Part shown: positions 17,806 to 20,000 of the stretch, in pieces
Numbering within the stretch: the stretch's first letter is position 1
How the letters are laid out: every line of letters starts with the position of its first letter
The notes under the pieces: generated by a model
Told to the model about the DNA's origin: nothing
Database searches by the model: none
The model's input: only the letters and a program-made list of their open reading frames with translations
IMG/VR virus record: IMGVR_UViG_3300035184_001342
DNA from: an uncultured virus (IMG/VR IMGVR_UViG_3300035184_001342)
Taxonomy: Duplodnaviria; Heunggongvirae; Uroviricota; Caudoviricetes
Direction: 5' to 3' (one strand)
Length of the DNA: 20,000 nucleotides
Translations under genes and position numbers: made by a program

Positions 17806-18575
17806 TATAAGTATCCATCTCCGCCAAGTATATATCCTCCGTTAACGAACTTGTCTAAACTAAATTTATTAACTTTATCTCTGCTGTACTGCGGCATCAA
17901 TGCTATAGATATTTCACTTCTAGTTGGTGCGTAAGATCCGTTAAATCCAACACCAGCTGGAATATAATCAACATCAGATGGAAGAGTTACGTTAAAGTTT
18001 TGAATAACTACCGGAACATTGTTAAAAACATAATCTCCGTACCCATTTAATTTAACAACAGGAGGTGGTGATCCTTTGTTAGAACTATCTCCGTATGCCA
18101 TTTTAGTAATGCTCTTTAAAAAGTGTACCGCTGCAATCCAATACTCTGCTTCTTTTGAATTTTCAACTGTAAATTCGCCTGTAATAGTAAACTGATCCAC
18201 TTGTGAGCTAGTGTAAATGTGAAACGGATAATTACTATGTGTAGGTTGTAGTGCATTATAGTTTGCACTATGTGTAATAAATACTTGCGGAGTATATGGA
18301 AACACCATAGCACTTTGAGTTTCTTTCAATGGCGCTAAGATAGAACTACTCGAAAATGCACCGCCAGGAGGAAGCGAAATTCTAACACGCCAATCAGCAT
18401 TTGTCCCAGTATCCCAAGAGCCTGCCGTAAACGATCCATCGTTATTTGGGTTAGCACCTGGCAATAAATTAAACGTTCTTAACGCACGACCAAAGCCTGT
18501 ATCTGATACTTCGTCAATAATTGCATTTTTTGCTTTGTTAACAACTTTGTTGCCTAAATTTTTTAAAAAACTCAT
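17805..18575 (-). CDS. Tail-tube initiator / baseplate tube-cap-like protein (gp48/gp54-like), 256 aa
   Basis: MVFPYTPQV...PTHSNYPF...ITGEFTVE...GSPPPVVKLNGYGDYVFNNVPVVIQNFNVTLPSDVDYI is typical of tube-fold initiator proteins found before LysM/gp53 genes. Start moved from 18593 to the ATG at 18575 (MSFLKNLG), which has AGGAGA (18580-18585) just upstream. Confidence 0.65.
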   Translation of the reverse strand: MSFLKNLGNKVVNKAKNAIIDEVSDTGFGRALRTFNLLPGANPNNDGSFTAGSWDTGTNADWRVRISLPPGGAFSSSSILAPLKETQSAMVFPYTPQVFITHSANYNALQPTHSNYPFHIYTSSQVDQFTITGEFTVENSKEAEYWIAAVHFLKSITKMAYGDSSNKGSPPPVVKLNGYGDYVFNNVPVVIQNFNVTLPSDVDYIPAGVGFNGSYAPTRSEISIALMPQYSRDKVNKFSLDKFVNGGYILGGDGYL

Positions 18576-18593
18576 ATTGTCTCCTATATACAT

Positions 18594-18599
18594 TATTTA
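18594..18599 (-). promoter_or_regulatory. Late (gp55-type) promoter core TAAATA heading the baseplate operon
   Basis: Minus strand reads CTAAATAATGTATATAGGAGACAATATG; TAAATA is the core of the T4 late promoter TATAAATA. Confidence 0.7.
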
Positions 18600-18600
18600 G

Positions 18601-18629
18601 TTGACTTTATTAACAGAGTATATTATAAT
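18601..18629 (+). promoter_or_regulatory. Host sigma70-type promoter for gp55
   Basis: TTGACT (18601-18606), 17 bp spacer, TATAAT (18624-18629), followed by SD and ATG at 18653. Confidence 0.85.
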
Positions 18630-18652
18630 AGTATAAACAACCAGGAGATCTA

Positions 18653-19498
18653 ATGAGAAAAGTAAATTACCTCAATAATAAAGACTTATTATTGGAAATA
18701 CATAAATCCAAATCAACATTTTCAAGTTTTGTTGATGAAAGCTACAATCAATTTGATATAATCCTACTAAGTGTAGATAAAATTAATATTAGAACCATTG
18801 CAGAAGCAAAACGTAATAAAGTAAAAAGACTGTCAAGAGACGCTTACGCCACCCGTAAAGCAGCAGGTGAAAAAGTTAAACAAGCAGATTGCGAAGTAGA
18901 CTATAAGTCAATTACTAAAGAAGAAATAATATTTCGTGTAATGACATATGATCATATTCCAGAAGAACCTGGACGTAAAAAGAACCCAAAGACCATTGCA
19001 GATACAAAAGTAAAGTTAAACTTTCCTCCTTTTGTTCATTACAAGTTTGACGATGACGGACAATTACAGCTAGTAGGAAAAAGTCATTGGGAAGGCGGTA
19101 TGGACAACGGTTCATTTGCACTACGTGCAGGCAGAGCTACAGAAAAACTTGCCCGTATGTGGATGAAGCTGTGTGAACGTTATGCTACAAGAGGTAATGT
19201 GCGTGGATATACATACAATGATGAAATGCGTGGTCAAGCAATACTACAATTAGCACAAATAGGCTTACAATTTGATGAGTCAAAGTCAGACAATCCGTTT
19301 GCTTACTATACTGCTGCTGTAACTAATAGCTTTGTACGCATTATTAACATAGAAAAACGTAATCAAAACATTAGAGACGATATTCTCGAAATGAATGACC
19401 TAAGTCCAAGTTATACTAGACAGTCACAAGGCGAGTGGGAAGCAAGTGTTAAAAGACATCAGCCAGTATCAAGTGTTAAAAGATATGAGCCAAAATAG
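18653..19498 (+). CDS. gp55: RNA polymerase sigma factor for late transcription, T4 gp55-like
   Basis: N-terminal NYLNNKDLLLEI and core LCERYATRGNVRGYTYNDEMRGQAILQL...FDESKSDNPFAYYTAAVTNSFVRIINIEKRNQ. SD AGGAGA at 18643-18648. Lies upstream of gp47, as in T4-like phages. Confidence 0.92.
   Translation: MRKVNYLNNKDLLLEIHKSKSTFSSFVDESYNQFDIILLSVDKINIRTIAEAKRNKVKRLSRDAYATRKAAGEKVKQADCEVDYKSITKEEIIFRVMTYDHIPEEPGRKKNPKTIADTKVKLNFPPFVHYKFDDDGQLQLVGKSHWEGGMDNGSFALRAGRATEKLARMWMKLCERYATRGNVRGYTYNDEMRGQAILQLAQIGLQFDESKSDNPFAYYTAAVTNSFVRIINIEKRNQNIRDDILEMNDLSPSYTRQSQGEWEASVKRHQPVSSVKRYEPK
19443..19492 (+). repeat. Imperfect 23-bp direct repeat (27-bp period) at the gp55 3' end
   Basis: CAAGTGTTAAAAGACATCAGCCA (19443-19465) vs CAAGTGTTAAAAGATATGAGCCA (19470-19492), 2 mismatches; encodes SVKRHQP / SVKRYEP. 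Confidence 0.85.
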
Positions 19499-19499
19499 G

Positions 19500-19528
19500 T
19501 TGACTTAGCCTTGCAAAGACGTTATTAT
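19500..19528 (+). promoter_or_regulatory. Host sigma70-type promoter for gp47
   Basis: TTGACT (19500-19505), 17 bp spacer, TATTAT (19523-19528) in the gp55-gp47 gap; same -35 hexamer as the gp55 promoter. Confidence 0.75.
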
Positions 19529-19554
19529 ATTAATAATATGAATGGAGAACCCTA

Positions 19555-20000
19555 TTGTTTAAGAAAGCAGCTGTCTTTACAGACATACATTTTGGTCTAA
19601 AAGGTAATAGTAAAGTACATAACCAAGACTGTGAAGATTTCATAGATTGGTACATAGAACAAGCAAAAGCTAACGGTTGTGAAACCGGTATCTTCTGTGG
19701 CGACTGGCATCATAATAGAAACAGTCTTAACTTAACTACTATGGACGCTACTATTCGTTGTATGGAGAAGCTAGGTGCTGCTTTTGAGCAATTTTTCTTC
19801 TTCGATGGTAACCACGACTTGTATTATAAAGACAAACGTGATGTTAACAGTACAGCATTTGCTAAACACATTCCGGGTATTACTTTTGTAGATGAAATTA
19901 CTACAATTGAAGACGTAACTATTGTACCTTGGCTGGTTGGAGACGAATGGAAACAACTTAGAAGCCTTAAAAGCAAGTATGTGTTTGGTCATTTTGAGTT
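19555..20000 (+). CDS. gp47: Recombination endonuclease subunit gp47 (Mre11/SbcD-like metallophosphoesterase), 3' partial
   Basis: TTG start after GGAGA (19544-19548): MFKKAAVFTDIHFGLKGNS...GIFCGDWHHNR...FDGNHDLYYK...VPW...GHFE. Contains the DxH, GDxxH, GNHD and GH phosphoesterase motifs; open to the window end. Confidence 0.92.
   Translation, partial: MFKKAAVFTDIHFGLKGNSKVHNQDCEDFIDWYIEQAKANGCETGIFCGDWHHNRNSLNLTTMDATIRCMEKLGAAFEQFFFFDGNHDLYYKDKRDVNSTAFAKHIPGITFVDEITTIEDVTIVPWLVGDEWKQLRSLKSKYVFGHFE

Noticed and set aside
8668..18575. Bacterial T6SS/eCIS/tailocin locus
   Set aside because: Adjacent gp55 and gp47, and T4-type late promoter cores, indicate a T4-superfamily phage.
18576..18593. 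Track start at 18593 for the 262-aa ORF
   Set aside because: This ATG abuts the TAAATA core and would lie upstream of the transcript start; the ATG at 18575 has a proper SD.
19511..19539. Second promoter TTGCAA-N17-TAATAT before gp47
   Set aside because: Weaker match overlapping a better promoter in AT-rich DNA; not separately supportable.
18116..19992. ORFs 18116-18313(-), 18915-19121(-) and 19771-19992(-)
   Set aside because: Nested in, or antisense to, well-supported genes (tube initiator, gp55, gp47).
1..20000. CRISPR arrays, tRNAs, introns/inteins, DGR repeats, intrinsic terminators
   Set aside because: Intergenic gaps are all under 80 bp; I saw no spaced repeats, cloverleafs, intein or homing-endonuclease motifs, or GC hairpins with U-tracts by eye.

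Overview
AT-rich segment of a large T4-superfamily (jumbo-type) myovirus genome. Positions 1-18575 carry a tightly packed minus-strand late operon of baseplate genes. In transcription order these are: tail-tube initiator/cap-like (gp48/gp54-like), gp53-like LysM wedge protein, 916-aa hub-like protein (gp27/gpD-like), gp5-like spike with no recognisable lysozyme domain, gp25, an enlarged gp6 (1150 aa), and a giant (>2888 aa) gp7/gpI-like multidomain protein. The giant gene runs off the left edge and is missing from the ORF track. Divergently on the plus strand are the gp55 late sigma factor and the 5' part of gp47 (Mre11/SbcD nuclease, also missing from the track), each behind a near-consensus sigma70 promoter. 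The most notable features are the mosaic giant wedge/adhesin protein, sigma70 promoters overlapping late TAAATA elements at two sites, a probably leaderless gp25 mRNA, and Ala/Gly-rich amphipathic extensions on the hub and spike. All family assignments come from motif recognition and synteny; no database searches were run.
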